A program made the position numbers and the translations under genes. Under the pieces are notes generated by a model that had not been told where the DNA came from, made no database searches, and saw nothing but the letters and a program-made list of their open reading frames with translations. Below are positions 62,323-64,000 of a DNA stretch of 64,000 nt, in pieces (the first letter of the stretch is position 1; each line of letters opens with the position of its first letter). The DNA is from an uncultured Nitrososphaerota archaeon (GTDB lineage Archaea; Thermoproteota; Nitrososphaeria; Nitrososphaerales; Nitrosopumilaceae). Location of the stretch: the NCBI GenBank assembly GCA_963824385.1, contig CAWGPD010000004.1:480001-544000 (forward strand), in the 5' to 3' direction.

Positions 62323-62956
62323 TTAACTTGTATCCATTGTAGTTTTTGTAACTCTCATTATGATACCACTAAAGGAGGCAGACGATAAGAAGTACCATGC
62401 CCAGAAATACAAATCGTTTACATGATGACAAATGTTGGGATTACCAGGAATTTGAGAAGATGCTACTTTTGCCGCAGTACAAGTTAATTCAAAAAATCCT
62501 CCAGGTATAATGTTTAACGATATTGGTGCAACAGACTACTGTATAGGAAAATAGTGGAGGAAGCACAAAATAGAATACTAGAATCAATGGGAGAAAAGTA
62601 ATCATCATAGGTCTCATATTCATTTGCATAACTTCCATGTTCATCTTGTTCATGTATGCAGATTTCTTGTTAAGCTCATCAGTTTTTTCTTGATCTTTTG
62701 ATTTGAATGCAGCCATTCTTTCCTTTTGCCAAGCTCTTGTTTCTTTGAGTAATCTTTTCAATTTATCTTGGTCAACCATCTTTCGTTTTATTATAGCATT
62801 AAGCAGATTAAGACCAATAGAGATACACATTATTCCTAAAGCAGCTGGAACCATTCCCTTTACTATCGGATTTGCACTTCCCATTGGACCCCTGTTTAGA
62901 CCTGGGATTTGTAGTGCTATTGTATTTATGAAATCAAAGAATATACTATGTTCCAT
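62323..62956 (-). CDS. DUF106/EMC3-TMCO1 (Oxa1 superfamily) membrane protein (1-nt insertion at ~62535)
   Basis: TM, coiled coil and MRPMMITFLP; repair restores the WAWYFL C-terminal helix. Confidence 0.88.
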
Positions 62957-63536
62957 TGTTAAACCCCATTGCACTTAGGATACCTCTAGCCGCTTCATCA
63001 ACCTTACCCTCAGTATTAAGAACCATCTTGATTGGTGAGCCACAAAGTATTGAACAAGTAGACAACATTGCACTTGTAACATCAAGTTCTTTTTTTATTG
63101 CATCAATTGATACTATATCTCTAGTTCGGGTAGTGTCTGTCATTCTACGATTATAGATCTCTTCGGGTCTTGCCGATATCATAATAAAACTATCAGGATT
63201 GAGTATCTCTAAAACATTTTGTGGAAGTCCAGGATAGAATCCCTCCTGCGTAGAAATGAATGCATGAGTATCTACAATCACTACATCATCAGAGATTGAA
63301 GCTATTGTTCTTGCTGCCATAGATTGCAATTCTCTTTGCTCTTTAACTGAAAGTTTTCTTAGATCATCCCTATTCTGAACTCCTTTCTTTTTAGCTTCAT
63401 CAAACATCACGGTTCCAAAAATTGAGACGCTTACTTTGACATTTTTCTCTTTTAATAATTCCACTACGCGTGATACAACTGTAGTCTTTCCAACACCTGG
63501 AATTCCTACAATTATTACTCGATTACTTTCTGCCAA
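62946..63536 (-). CDS. adkA: Adenylate kinase, archaeal type
   Basis: GIPGVGKTT, VDTH and GFYPGLP motifs. Confidence 0.94.
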   Translation of the reverse strand: MAESNRVIIVGIPGVGKTTVVSRVVELLKEKNVKVSVSIFGTVMFDEAKKKGVQNRDDLRKLSVKEQRELQSMAARTIASISDDVVIVDTHAFISTQEGFYPGLPQNVLEILNPDSFIMISARPEEIYNRRMTDTTRTRDIVSIDAIKKELDVTSAMLSTCSILCGSPIKMVLNTEGKVDEAARGILSAMGFNNGT

Positions 63537-64000
63537 GTAATGCACCCAGTGAAGGCATTACTTCTTCGACTCTTTCTCGAACAAGTAAATTGTAATAGTT
63601 AATCAGAATATCAACTGTCAACAACATTCCTGTCCCTGATCCAAATGTTCCTAGTACATCAGAAGTACCAGCTAACAATCCAAGTATCATAGAACCAATT
63701 ATAGTAACGGATGGAATATATTTTTGAAGTAGATTTTCTACTGGTTGATTTGAACGTCTAAAACCTGGAATTTGTACGTCAGCGTCAAGTAAGTTTTTGG
63801 CTGCACTCTTTGCAGAAAGACCACCAAGCTCAATCCATAACCTACCAAATAAGACTACAATTCCTATCATAAATAGAATATACAAAACAGACTCTCATTG
63901 GATCTAATGCAACAATATCCAAACCACGTGGTGCTGTAACATAGTACAGTATACCACCTGTTGGAGTGGATGGTGATGTAGGATCAAACATTCCTAAGAA
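63523..64000 (-). CDS. secY: Preprotein translocase SecY, C-terminal part (5' end outside the window; 1-nt insertion at ~63891)
   Basis: QIPGFRR and GSGTGMLLTV motifs. Confidence 0.95.

Noticed and set aside
2788..63893. Mass pseudogenisation or programmed frameshifting of the many split genes
   Set aside because: Breaks hit essential genes, lack slippery sequences and map to AGCT/GATC, and single-site repairs restore full-length proteins. A sequencing artefact is the simpler explanation.

Overview
Low-GC archaeal chromosome segment from an ammonia-oxidising archaeon (Nitrososphaerota, Nitrosotalea/Nitrosopumilales-like; inferred from gene content and protein style). Most of it is core genome: SUF Fe-S cluster genes, hemL-hemC-cobA-hemD, the exosome superoperon, rpoD-rpl18e-rpl13-rps9, two aconitase-family isomerase pairs, cofE, a 2-oxoacid:ferredoxin oxidoreductase, secY-adk-DUF106-cmk-cbf5 and three tRNAs (one with an intron). 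Accessory content includes a ~1,764-aa NHL/HYR-repeat surface protein, an arsenic cluster and a wHTH + P-loop ATPase pair. Three results go beyond the ORF track. (1) Of 20 reading-frame disruptions, 19 are repaired by restoring the tetramer AGCT and 1 by restoring GATC. This is best read as a DNA-methylation footprint in base-calling, so the split genes are not pseudogenes. (2) Five unannotated Cys/His-rich microproteins are present, including a metallothionein-like 46-mer and an 8-Cys 46-mer ending in Gly-Gly. (3) There is a box C/D sRNA with perfect boxes, plus several palindromic operator candidates. No database searches were run.
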